Shown here one piece after another: positions 52,176 through 61,962 of a stretch of 64,000 bases of DNA. Every line of letters begins with the position of its first letter. Position 1 is the first letter of the stretch. The position numbers and the translations under genes are program-made. A model generated the notes under the pieces. That model was not told where the DNA came from. It ran no database searches and saw nothing but the letters and a program-made list of their open reading frames with translations. This DNA is from Macrostomum lignano (Eukaryota): contig NIVC01002126.1 of assembly GCA_002269645.1 (NCBI GenBank), positions 30,316 to 94,315 on the forward strand, in the 5' to 3' direction.

Positions 52176-52470
52176 AGTAGTAGGAAAGTGGTACCCTCTA
52201 CCGCCATCGCACCGGATTGGCCGGGGCACCCGGCCAATGAGGGGAGAGGGCCCCCAAAAGACGCCCACCCCGACCCCACCACCGCCACGCACCCACCCCC
52301 GACCCCACCACCGCCACGCACCCACCCCCGACCCAAACCGGGCCCCCCAAAGACGCCCACCCCCGACCCCAAACCCACGCACCTACCTCCGACCCCAAAC
52401 CGGGCCCCCTCCTATCCATCCCATACCAAGGCCCCTTCCTGTCCAGCACACCATCCCATACCGGAGGCCG
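52176..52470 (+). repeat. Left terminal inverted repeat of the Polinton
   Basis: Reverse complement of ~62835-63310; AGTAGT terminus; inner boundary approximate. Confidence 0.92.
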
Positions 52471-52689
52471 GAGAAGGGGGTCGGGCAAGCCCAGGTTGGG
52501 GTCGGGCAAGCCGGTCGGGCAGGCCAGATGAGGGGTCGGGCAGCCGAGTGTCTGGTTGAGTGTCCAAGGGTGGGTATCGAGATGTGAATGAGTGTCCATT
52601 GGCGAGTGTCCTCCTACCGCGTGTGGTGACACGCAGCACAGAGTTTCAATGTGATCCGATAGAGGGTCTGATTGCTTGGAATTTTCGAG

Positions 52690-52840
52690 TAGAGAGGGGA
52701 TTCTATTGGTCGAGAAAGCATTTGAAGTGATTTCCGAGTAAAATGTGGAGAAGGGATTCTATTGGTCGATAGGTCCCTGGTGAACGATTTGGTTTGGACC
52801 CTGCGTGAGAAGGGCTCCAGTACACTTTATAAATAAAGCA
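52690..52840 (+). promoter_or_regulatory. Candidate polB promoter
   Basis: Duplicated GGGATTCTATTGGTCGA (inverted CCAAT) near 52697 and 52755; TATAAATA at 52828; ATG at 52896. Confidence 0.4.
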
Positions 52841-52895
52841 CCTCGGTCCTATAGATTTTTTATTTATTTTAGATTAAATTAAAAATACAACGAAA

Positions 52896-53656
52896 ATGCA
52901 AATAACTTGCGACTTTTGCGAGTCATCAGTAATCGGGGGCATTGAGAAGCACTATGCGGTATGCCCTGCGATACCAGCACTGTTTGAGTCAGATGACTAC
53001 CCAACGATTCATTTTCAACTGATTAAGGAGGCGTTTAATGGCAGGTCCCGACTTTACCGGGCCAGTGCATGCGGAGACCCGAGGAATGTGTTGGAAAGCA
53101 CTCGTCAAGCTTTCATTGACTTAATCACCCAGCATCAACGTGAGCCAGGAACCGCCATCAAGGTTCAGCTGCGCCTCGGAGTCCTGATGCAGCGCATCAT
53201 TAATGGCCGCTGCGCCGCCGAGAACACCGCCTGGTTTGCTGCCAAGGTCCACTCTCTTATTCGGAGTGAGGAGGAGCAATACTTCTCTGACGATATACAG
53301 ACTATCCTCAACCGGATAGAGAAGTACCTACGCAATGGCAGTGGCTGGGTAATCAGGACCACTCGGTGTGTTGACGTGTCGACCGCTGTTTATTATCTAC
53401 CGCATGGAGCGTCGTGCAAAAGGCCAAGAATGAGTTCAAGAAAGACAACGGGCTGCTAAACAACTCCCTGTAGACCCTAGAGAATGTTCGCAAGAAAGTG
53501 AGCTACCGACTGGTCAATTCAAAGCCTGTGGCCAAGTCAGCGTTCCGCGACCAGAAGATTTTCAACGGGGATTTAGTTCTGGTGCACGTTCTCAAGATGA
53601 CAAGCCAGTGTCGGCCAGTGCGATCTGGACACTAGCAAGCTCTTTTTTTCACAATA
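52896..53656 (+). pseudogene. Protein-primed family B DNA polymerase, internally deleted
   Basis: N-terminal region ending IEKYLRNGSGWVI, then an out-of-frame piece KAKNEFKKDNGLLNNSL*TLENVRKKVSYRLV...KIFNGDLVLVHVLK and VGQCDLDTSKL resembling the polymerase motif-B region; exonuclease and most of the palm are missing. Confidence 0.82.
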
Positions 53657-54641
53657 ACATTCTTTCCACATATATTTAATTTTTAACTATATGCATGTAA
53701 ATTTAATACGAACATAATATAGTCTGAATAATAATAAATACATGCTTTGCCATATTCAATATTTGGTACACTGCAGGAGAGAAAATGTTCTTTCACATTA
53801 ATATTTTTACCATAATGAGTCATTTTTTGTGCACATCTCTGGGTTAAAATTCTCATTGAAATGTATGTGTTTTATGCACAAGTATGCAAGTTTTCGTGCA
53901 CAGTGTTAAAAAGTATGCAAAGTGTCGAGGTTTTTCGTGCACACATTCGGGTAAAAATTCCCATTGAAATACATGTATTTTATGCAAAAATGCATGATTT
54001 TTCGTGCACAACAGAGGCTAGAAACGCTAAATCCGCAGAAACTGGTGGGGGTGGGCAGTTTTTTTTCAAGCCAGGTGTTTGGCATAAGAAAATGATAGGT
54101 ACTAGAAATTCGGTAAAATGAAAACGAAAAAGGCAATTTCCAACCTTCCGCCAGGTATTTAGATCTGCATACTACAAAGTTTATAGAATTTTTTAATAAT
54201 AATGAACACCTTTTTTACTCTATATGTAAGCTGCAGTGGCGAAAAATGCTCTTTTTCTTAAATATTTTGCCATAATGAGTCATTTTTGTGCACAGGTCCG
54301 GGTTAAAATCCCCACTGAAATACATGTGTTTTATGCACAAGTATGCAAGTTTTCGTGCACAGTGATTAAAAGTATGCAATACGGCGTGAATTTTTCGACA
54401 AAATGCGTCTACTTTCATGCACAGGTTCGGGTACAAATTCCCATTGAAATGTATGTATTTTGTGCAAACATGCATGCTTTTTCGCGCACAACAGAGGCTA
54501 GAAACGCTAAATCCGCAGAAATGGGTGGGGGTGGGTAGTTTTTTTTTTCAAGCCGGGTGTTTGGCATAAGAAAATGATAGGTACTAGAAATTTGGTAAAA
54601 TGAAAAAGAAAAAGGCAATTTCAAACCTTCTGCCAGGTATT
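53657..54641. repeat. AT-rich insertion with a diverged ~460-480-bp tandem duplication between polB and the integrase
   Basis: CATAATGAGTCATTTTT...CCAGGTATTTA occurs at ~53810-54161 and ~54270-54643. Confidence 0.8.
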
Positions 54642-55817
54642 TATTTTGACTGCAGGAGGCCGGGCAGCTATGGCGGCTATCAGGCATTAAAACGAGAGTT
54701 GCACAAACATCACGGACCCAAGTTTAGTGTAGGGCAGGTATGTATATACGATATACTTCTAAACCAATGATTTTTTAGAAAATTCCAGCTTAGGTTTTTA
54801 GTTTTATCCACTAGCTAGCAATTTCCAGTTTTTACAATTAAAGGTAAAAACGTGGCTCCAAGACCAAGATGTCTACGCACTGCATAGAGATAAACGCAAA
54901 AACTTTCGTCGAGCACCGATTGTGGTGCGGGGCATGGATGACCAGTGGGAACTGGACCTGGTTGAAATGCTACCGTTTGCTAAGTACAATGGCGGCGTAC
55001 GATATATTTTATGCTGCATTGATGTGCTCAGCAAGTTTGCCTGGGCTCAGCCGGTGCGCCGCAAGACAGCCGAGGAGGTTGCAGCCGGATTCGAAGCGAT
55101 CCTAAATCGAGCTCACCCTCGATGCCCACGAGCAGTTCGGACCGACCGTGGAAAAGAGTTTTGTAACACCCAGTTCCGAGCCCTCTGCGTAAACCACAAA
55201 ATTCATGCATTCACATCAAGTAGTGACCAGAAATGCGCAGTCATTGAGAGATGGAACCGCACACTGAAATCCCGAATGTGGCGGTACTTCCGTCACAAGT
55301 CAACATTAACCTGGACCGATGTGCTTCAACCCTTAGCAAAGGCATACAACCAGAGTATTCATCGGAGTATTCAAAGCCGACCAGTTGATGTCGACAAGTC
55401 AAACGAGATGGAAATTTGGCACCGGCTTTACGATGGGAAGCTTCCTGAGACTCGTGAAAAGGTCTCCAGACCAAAGTTCAAGGCAGGAATGATGGTGCGA
55501 ATCTCTCTTCGCAATCTGGCCAACCCATTCACCAAGGGATACACAAGGGGATGGAGTGAGGAAGTATTTGAAGTCAAGTCCCTCCACCCCAAGCATTATC
55601 CATACATGTACACTCTGATCGATGCCCGAGGTGAAGAGTTGGAAGGCAAGTTTTACGAGCCGGAAATGCAGCAAGTGACAGGAAACAAGAAGCTGTGGAT
55701 CATCGACAAGGTTCTCAACATTAAGAAGCTGAAGAGTGGAAAGATTCGGTATTTGGTTCAGTGGCGCGATTCAGAAAACCCAGTTGGATTGACGAAAAAG
55801 ACTTAAGAAAAATATGA
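54642..55817 (+). CDS. Retroviral-type DDE integrase with C-terminal chromodomain; one intron; start lost; chromodomain frameshifted
   Basis: YFDCRRPGSYGG...GQ (to 54737), intron 54738-54843, then VKTWLQDQDVYALH...QWELDL...RTDRGKEF...IERWNRTLK (D, D, E intact). Chromodomain WIIDKVL...YLVQW continues in another frame as PSWIDEKDLRKI*, with the stop overlapping the next ATG. Confidence 0.93.
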
Positions 55818-56592
55818 AAAGGCAAAGATTTCAGGTAATGTCCGGCCCCGATGATGACCCGGCCAACTTTACTGCTGAGCTGCTGCATCCTGTGCTGCTG
55901 GATTCTGCTTTGGACTATGAGTTGGGTCTGCTTGGAATCAGTTTTATCAACTGCATCTACACGATCCCTCATCCATTGTCGCTATATTATCAGCTTGAGG
56001 GTTCAATGCAATGTGCTGAAATTCCAGCTGGGCGCTACAATGACTTGAATGAGCTGATTGATGCAGTAAATACTACTGATTGTAAAGATTTTGATGAGTC
56101 TGGAATTGGCGAAACACCTATAAATGTGCATCTAATTAAATTTACCCTTGATTCAGTTAGCCATCATGTATACTATCAAATGGCTGGGATCTGTGGGAGA
56201 TTTATGTTTCCAGAAAACAGCCAGATGGGGAAAATCTTTGGTGCTGCGCAGACAACCTATAGCGAGCAGGCAGGTTGCTTTGAACGACCTGGCATGAACC
56301 CGGCCTGGAATACAGATTTGCTGCTTGTTGAGTGCGATCAGATTAGCCCGCGCTGTATTGGAAATCAGTTTACTCCAGCACTGCAGACTTTGAATATTGG
56401 TGGTCTTTTGCAGGTCACCGGTCGGAACTCATCTATAAGAATAAGCTGTTCTTCCCAATAGCAGCAAACCACCGCTTAACACACATGCAAATACGGCTAC
56501 GACCGATCAACTGTATCGAATCTATCCGATTACTCTTTGGACCCACAGTCTTGACTTTTGAGCTGCGTGAGTCATGGACATTCGACAAGTGA
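55814..56592 (+). CDS. Minor capsid protein (penton, single jelly-roll) with one frameshift near 56430
   Basis: NFTAELLHPVLL...YELGLLGI N-terminus; shifted C-terminus KLFFPIAANHRLTHMQIRL...FGPTVLTFELR; typical position after INT. Confidence 0.75.
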
Positions 56593-56837
56593 CCGAGTTT
56601 TATCGAGGCAGTTGCTTCAAACTTCCTCATGGACACGGATATCCCACATCGCTGCTATCTCGACTGCCCCCTGAGACTCATGAAAATGCAGTTCTCCTTT
56701 CCCGCATACCACCTCCATCGCAGAAAAAACATAAGAAAACGCCAAAAATCAAACCAAAGAAGAGCAAGCCAGTGCCCACAAAAAAGCGCAAGATACCGTT
56801 AAAAACAGTCAACCGAGTGCTCGATTCACTCTCATAA
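56574..56837 (+). CDS. Small basic putative core / DNA-condensing protein
   Basis: FYRGS...HGHG N-terminus and a Lys-rich C-terminal half; located between mCP and MCP. Confidence 0.55.
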   Translation: MDIRQVTEFYRGSCFKLPHGHGYPTSLLSRLPPETHENAVLLSRIPPPSQKKHKKTPKIKPKKSKPVPTKKRKIPLKTVNRVLDSLS

Positions 56838-58106
56838 TGTATCGGACAAATCCACGGCTCAACTGTTTGAGCCAATGACGCATGAAATTGGAGTGGATAG
56901 GTCTCACTTCATGGACTTTCATCCCATCGGCAGTCTCACGACTCCTGATGCACCGATTGAATTCGACTGCCATGCCTCCTCTGAGGACTACACCGATCTG
57001 CACGCCACAGTGCTGCAAGTCACTTGCCGGATAACTCGTGTGATAAACAATGCAGAGCTGACTAATGAAGATGATGCCCATGTCGGACTATCGAATCTCC
57101 CGCTTGCCAGCCTGTTTCGTGATGTCACTGTAAAACTCAACCAGCGGGTTGTGAGTGGTGGGGACCAGCTCTACCCATATCGAGCAATGCTTCAAGTGCT
57201 GACCAGCAGCAATGCCAACCAGCTTCAAGAACTGGCGGCCGCAGGTTATTATCCAGACACCGCTGGAGAGAGTGACACCATTGGGGAGCAAAATCATGGA
57301 TTCACAAATCGTGCGAGATTGCATGAGGCTTCTGCTGTTGTGCAATATGCCGGCCCGTTGTTTTCAGACATTTTCTCAATCCGGCAGTATCTGCTAAACC
57401 AAATCAGCCTGCAGGTCAAATTGACCCGGCATTGCAGCGCTTTTTCGTTGATGGTACCCAATAATGGAGTTCAATACCGTGTTGAAGTCGACAATGCTAT
57501 TCTGCTTTTGAGGCGTCTCCGAGTAAACCCAACAGTGGCTCTCGCACATGAACAGGGGCTCTCACAGCGTAATGCTCTCTACCACTTTGATAGAAGAGAG
57601 CTTCAGACATTCACATTTTCTGTTGGGACAAGAAACAAGAGTCTCGATTCAATCACGCATGGTCAGCTGCCAAAATTTGTGCTCCTTGGAATGGTCAGCC
57701 AGACTGCTTTCAATGGATCTCTGCACCACAACCCGTTTTGGTTCCAAGCATTTGGGTTGAATAGTTTAAGCCTGTTTGTCAATGGAGAGCCAATTACTGG
57801 GCAGCCCATAGAACCACAGCAGCAGCCTCATCCGAATTTTTGCAGTTTGCCCGCAGTCTCAGTGGAAAATATTGCATAAGCTTTGATGAATTTCGAAATA
57901 GTGCCTATCTGCTTGCGTTTGACCTTAGTCCAAGTGGCGATGAAGTAGGCAGCTGGTTTGGTCATAGGCAGGGTCAACTACGACTGGATATTCGCTTTTC
58001 CAACGCTCTCGCACAGCCAGTCACACTCATCTGCTTGTGCGTGTATGATTCATGCATGGAAATCACTAAAGAGAGGGATGTGCTGCTGGATTATCGCAGA
58101 GCATGA
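56837..58106 (+). CDS. Major capsid protein (hexon, double jelly-roll); frameshifts at the start and near 57830
   Basis: PIEFDC...DYTDLHATVLQV, NLPLASLFRDVTVKLN, YPYRAMLQVL, GQLPKFVLLGMV; C-terminus in the next frame AYLLAFDLSP...GQLRLDIRF...EITKERDVLLDY (ORFs 56875-57879 and 57840-58106). Confidence 0.9.
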
Positions 58107-58575
58107 ATTCCGAAGAGTTGGAAGCGTTCATTTCTCGCTGCCCCACATCTGTGCGGGATGCCTATTGCGGAAATTTTACAGTTGGAACAGTGACACCATT
58201 TTTCGATTCAACCTGCCGACCCTGCTGCTTCATTTTGTATGAGCCATGGAATGATGAGTGCGGTCACTGGATTGCTGGAGTAGTAACCAGTAAAGTGCAT
58301 TGTGAAATTTTCAACTCTTTGGGAGGCTTGAGTAAAAATATGAAGAGCTGGTTAAAGAAAACTAAACCGACGCGGATGGTGCTACAATGGAATACGGTCC
58401 CTGTTCAGCCCAGTTCGTCAACTCTTGCGGCTGGTATTGCATTTTTTACTTGATCCATCGACTGCATAAGAGAATGTCATATAATGCCTTGTTCATCAAG
58501 GTTTTGCACCCGGCAGCTGTGGCTCAAAACGATGCAATCATACTCAGACTCAAAAATCAGTTGCAAGGTGTTTGA
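58103..58575 (+). CDS. Adenain-like cysteine maturation protease, frameshifted just before the catalytic Cys
   Basis: GHWIA, FNSLG (Asp position reads Asn), VQPSSS then -CGWYCIFYL in the shifted frame, NDAII. Confidence 0.85.
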
Positions 58576-59191
58576 TTCCAGACTGCGGATGGGAGGCTGC
58601 ATGATGGTTTCGGGCCCTTCTCGAGCGGGAAAATCAACATTCTGTTTGCGGTTGCTGTCCCAACGACTGCTTCTGTTCGACCAACCTCCCAAGCGGATGA
58701 TTTGGTATCACGGATGCCCGCAGCCGGAACTCCACGCGACTCTGCGGCGGCTAGGAGTGCAAGTATGTGAAGGATTATCGAATTTGGATCTGCAGCCCCA
58801 TGACCTGATTGTGATTGACGATTTACTGGATGAAGCAGCTGCAAGTCGAGAGCTACGACATCTGTTCACCCGTGAGGCCCACCACAAGCCCTGCTTTGTC
58901 ATTCTCATCACGCAAAATCTATTTTTCAAAGGCAGAGAGTGGCGCACAATTAGCATAAATTGCACCTACATTGTGTTGTTCAACAACCCCAGAGACGCCT
59001 CTGCGGTCCAAGCTTTAAGTCAGCAATGCTTTCCCAAACGGCGCACTCTGCTAGTAGAACTGATGGATCGATTGGTGCGAGATGGAGATCAGCGCTATCT
59101 GCTGCTTGATTTTCACCCCGCTTCGCCCCATGAACTGCGCCTGAGAGCCAATTTTCTCCCCGATGAGGCCCCGCAGCGAGTTTATCTATAA
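58532..59191 (+). CDS. A32/FtsK-like genome-packaging ATPase
   Basis: FDSRL...Walker A GPSRAGKS, Walker B LIVIDDL, HH...VILITQNLF, RTISINCTYIVLFNNPRD; ORF intact; the start could be GTG at 58568. Confidence 0.95.
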   Translation: MQSYSDSKISCKVFDSRLRMGGCMMVSGPSRAGKSTFCLRLLSQRLLLFDQPPKRMIWYHGCPQPELHATLRRLGVQVCEGLSNLDLQPHDLIVIDDLLDEAAASRELRHLFTREAHHKPCFVILITQNLFFKGREWRTISINCTYIVLFNNPRDASAVQALSQQCFPKRRTLLVELMDRLVRDGDQRYLLLDFHPASPHELRLRANFLPDEAPQRVYL

Positions 59192-59221
59192 GAATGGCTC
59201 AGTCTCTGCACTGAGTTAAAC

Positions 59222-59552
59222 ATGGATAAACACATTGCACTAATAACTGTCTTTTGTGAGGGCACTATATCCTTGCGTCGCTGCATACTTACCTATGCAA
59301 ATAAAAGCACCATTTGCTTTTTGGTCGAGTGTATTATCAACTTACTAGCAGGAAAAGTTGTGTGAAGATAGCTTGAAGCGGAGACTCAGGCGATATCGAA
59401 ATACTCTCCGGCTTGTTGCACAAAGCAAAAGTGTGAAAGAGGCTCGGCGCAATCTCTCACACCCGCATATCCTTCGTTGTCTTCCTCTGATTCTCACCTG
59501 TATAAAAAGACATGTACAAGGAAATGATACTGGTACCCCGGTTGCAGTATGA
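59222..59552 (+). CDS. Conserved small Polinton protein (PW-like), frameshift near 59360
   Basis: MDKHIALI...RRCILTYANKSTICFLVECIINLLAGKV, then LKRRLRRYRNTLRLVA...LRCLPLIL in another frame. Confidence 0.65.
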
Positions 59553-60108
59553 GGCACTTGTGAATCAGAGGGGCATGGAGACAGTCTGTGAACCCGAGCT
59601 AGAGGCGGAAAAACAGTTGCGCAAGATTAGGGACGAGCGTTGCGTGCAGCAGCTGCAGGCAAGTGCGACCCAAGAACAGCCTCCAGTAATTCACAAAGAA
59701 CCGCAGTGGAAGGAGGTTTTATATCTGACGGTGAATCAGAAATGGCATCATCGTCTGCAGGCATTGATTAGCTTCATAACCGTAAAGTGCAAGTCGATTA
59801 GCATAGATGATACGTATGAAGTTTCTGTCAATGGTAAACCGTTGTACAACTCAAATATCGTGGACCTGCTGCATTTCATAGTTAAAGATACGTACTCTAA
59901 GTACCTTCAGCCACCGAATGGGATTAATGAGTTTGTTACGTGTCTTCAAGAAAACCACGTGCCTCTGTCTGCAGTTGGTCTGAACACTACAAAATTGCTG
60001 GAAAAGCCTCGGGAAGAAAAGTCCAGTCCTAAAAAACCTCGACTGCAAGGCTATAAGAAGACTCAGTCTCAGAAAGGATACGGCAAGTGGATCAAGTGGC
60101 CAAGATGA
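59512..60108 (+). CDS. Conserved Polinton protein (PZ-like)
   Basis: MYKEMILVP N-terminus; EVSVNGKPLYNSNIVDLL and PNGINEFVTCLQENHVP motifs; ORF intact. Confidence 0.75.
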   Translation: MYKEMILVPRLQYEALVNQRGMETVCEPELEAEKQLRKIRDERCVQQLQASATQEQPPVIHKEPQWKEVLYLTVNQKWHHRLQALISFITVKCKSISIDDTYEVSVNGKPLYNSNIVDLLHFIVKDTYSKYLQPPNGINEFVTCLQENHVPLSAVGLNTTKLLEKPREEKSSPKKPRLQGYKKTQSQKGYGKWIKWPR

Positions 60109-60986
60109 TTGTCATTGATTTTGAAGGATTTCCGCACCTCTACAAAACAGAGGACTTTGTGATTAAGGAAATTGCATGGGTTGAGTTTGCATGCGGTCAA
60201 ACGACGGCTCATTACTATTGCTACCGACCGCCGCACAGCTTTGAGCTCTTTGATCGAGGACAGCGACGAACCTGCTACTGGCTCACCAATAAGCGGCACG
60301 GTCTAGACTGGGACAGGAGTGGGTTCCGACCCTACTCTTGTCTCTGGAGCGATATCTCTCACTTGCAAGGCCCGATATTTAGCAAGGGGGATGTCAAGTG
60401 CCAGTTCCTGTCGCGTCTGCTGCTGCAGCCTGTCTACGACCTCGCACACCTAGCCTTTCCGAGTGCCTCAAAGTACGTGCTACCCTGCGCCCTGGCCAAG
60501 GTGGCGCTGTACGCTGATTGGCTGCGGCCTCGCGGCTACGGGTCTATAAAAGTAGCGATCTGCAGCAGGCACTGGCGTTTCTCTCGATTGTCTAAAGATG
60601 GTCGCAACAATTCGCGTGACAAACATCGTGACAGGAGCCGACCTGGCGACCCGGGTGGGTCTGCCTCAACTAGTGAATTTCCTGACTCTTCATCTGCCTC
60701 AGTATCACACAATCCGCCATCGCCTGGTTCATCCTCGAACACTGGCAGTGGTGATGAAGAGCGGGCAGCATCGAGTAACCGCGCTGGTGTATCCGACCGG
60801 ACAAGTGTCTGTCTGTGGAGCCAAAAGCATGGAGGAAGCTCTCGCAGAGACGGAGAAGATTGTGAAGCTGTGTGCGGACTTCTTGCGATTGACCAGTCTG
60901 CCCCAGATTCGCATCAAGACTATTACCTCTGTGACGGCCTTTCCCGCGGGTCGGCATCCACTCCGGTTGGGGGAAGTCAAGTCTAA
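60105..60986 (+). CDS. DEDD/DnaQ-like 3'-5' exonuclease-fold protein (homologous part ~60105-60600)
   Basis: IVIDFEGF (ExoI), VIKEIA, PP...WLTNKRHGLDW, KG..K..FL, CALAKV; ATGA overlap with the PZ stop; the C-terminal extension overlaps TBP. Confidence 0.7.
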   Translation: MIVIDFEGFPHLYKTEDFVIKEIAWVEFACGQTTAHYYCYRPPHSFELFDRGQRRTCYWLTNKRHGLDWDRSGFRPYSCLWSDISHLQGPIFSKGDVKCQFLSRLLLQPVYDLAHLAFPSASKYVLPCALAKVALYADWLRPRGYGSIKVAICSRHWRFSRLSKDGRNNSRDKHRDRSRPGDPGGSASTSEFPDSSSASVSHNPPSPGSSSNTGSGDEERAASSNRAGVSDRTSVCLWSQKHGGSSRRDGEDCEAVCGLLAIDQSAPDSHQDYYLCDGLSRGSASTPVGGSQV

Positions 60987-61197
60987 ATGGCCGCATCGGG
61001 CCACCTATGAGCCGGAAATGTTTAACGGACTTGTGCTCGAGTTTACTGCCTCTGTAAAGTTGATTTTGTTTCATTCGTATCGTTGTATAATAGCTGGTGC
61101 TCGCAGCGTGGTTGAGGCTCAGACTGCAGCTGATGCCCTCTCCCGCATTTTGCTACCAGATCAAGCATCCGAACCTACTTTGCTGGACTCTGACTGA
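60598..61197 (+). CDS. TATA-binding protein (TBP)-like protein, 199 aa
   Basis: Both TBP repeats align with the recalled yeast core: TNIVT, LAVVMK, TALVYPTGQVSVCGAKS, PLRL, TYEPEMFNGL, LILFHS, IAGAR; no N-terminal extension; no introns. Confidence 0.9.
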   Translation: MVATIRVTNIVTGADLATRVGLPQLVNFLTLHLPQYHTIRHRLVHPRTLAVVMKSGQHRVTALVYPTGQVSVCGAKSMEEALAETEKIVKLCADFLRLTSLPQIRIKTITSVTAFPAGRHPLRLGEVKSKWPHRATYEPEMFNGLVLEFTASVKLILFHSYRCIIAGARSVVEAQTAADALSRILLPDQASEPTLLDSD

Positions 61198-61199
61198 GC

Positions 61200-61610
61200 T
61201 CCTCTACGGCATAACAGTAGTAGTGAGATCTGCCTATGCACCGAGTAATAATAATAATAATAATAATAATATTTTTGCTGTAACTTTACTTCTGTATTTT
61301 TTTGTGTACAAAAGATAAGAAAAAATAAACGCGAATGCGACAATAGTGTTTGTACAACAATGCTTACGAAAATGAAATGTTTTTTTTGTTTATTTTATTG
61401 GCAGGTCCATGGATTGCAAAGCATAAAATTACATGTTAAAAGCTCGTATTAGCACAAAAAAAGTTTATGAAGAATGGAAGGGCAGTATTAAGGCCCGTCG
61501 TGTATTTACAAAACAGTATTATCGCAAGAAATTAAAGCATCATGGGGCAATATTATAGCCAGTGTTGACAAAGCAATATATACAACAGTGCATGATCAGT
61601 ACTATGGTTC
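61200..61610. terminator. AT-rich convergent polyadenylation region
   Basis: AATAAA on + near 61324 and on - (TTTATT) near 61388-61399, between convergent ORFs; (AAT)n tract near 61247-61270. Confidence 0.45.
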
Positions 61611-61614
61611 AAAA

Positions 61615-61962
61615 CTATATTAAAAAAAAGTTATTGACGAAATGACCAGTTGTCGCTTCATGCATTGCGCGTCGCTTCATTGGTGGCTGGTGGAATGAAG
61701 GCTGTTGGTTCTTCTCAGCTGTTGGTGGCTCTTCCAGAGTTTCGAATGTAAATCTCTTTCTAAATTCAGCCTGAACTGCTTGGAAGGCCCCCCAGTGGTC
61801 GTCCCAATCTGCCGACTGCCTGTCAGGTACTTGCATCAGTTGGTCGAGCGTAAGCCTTGCTGCCCATGCTGAACACTTCAGATTCCGTAGGGTGGTATCC
61901 CATGGATCGCCGATCGGTGGCTCGACCGGAGGCTCTCGCTTGTCATTTTGTCTAGGACCCAT
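61615..61962 (-). CDS. Hypothetical protein, ~115 aa
   Basis: ATG at 61962 within ORF 61615-62175; no recognisable motif. Confidence 0.3.
   Translation of the reverse strand: MGPRQNDKREPPVEPPIGDPWDTTLRNLKCSAWAARLTLDQLMQVPDRQSADWDDHWGAFQAVQAEFRKRFTFETLEEPPTAEKNQQPSFHQPPMKRRAMHEATTGHFVNNFFLI

Noticed and set aside
52146-52639. Gly/Pro-rich ORFs at the element ends (also 62798-63323)
   Set aside because: Translations of GC-rich TIR repeats
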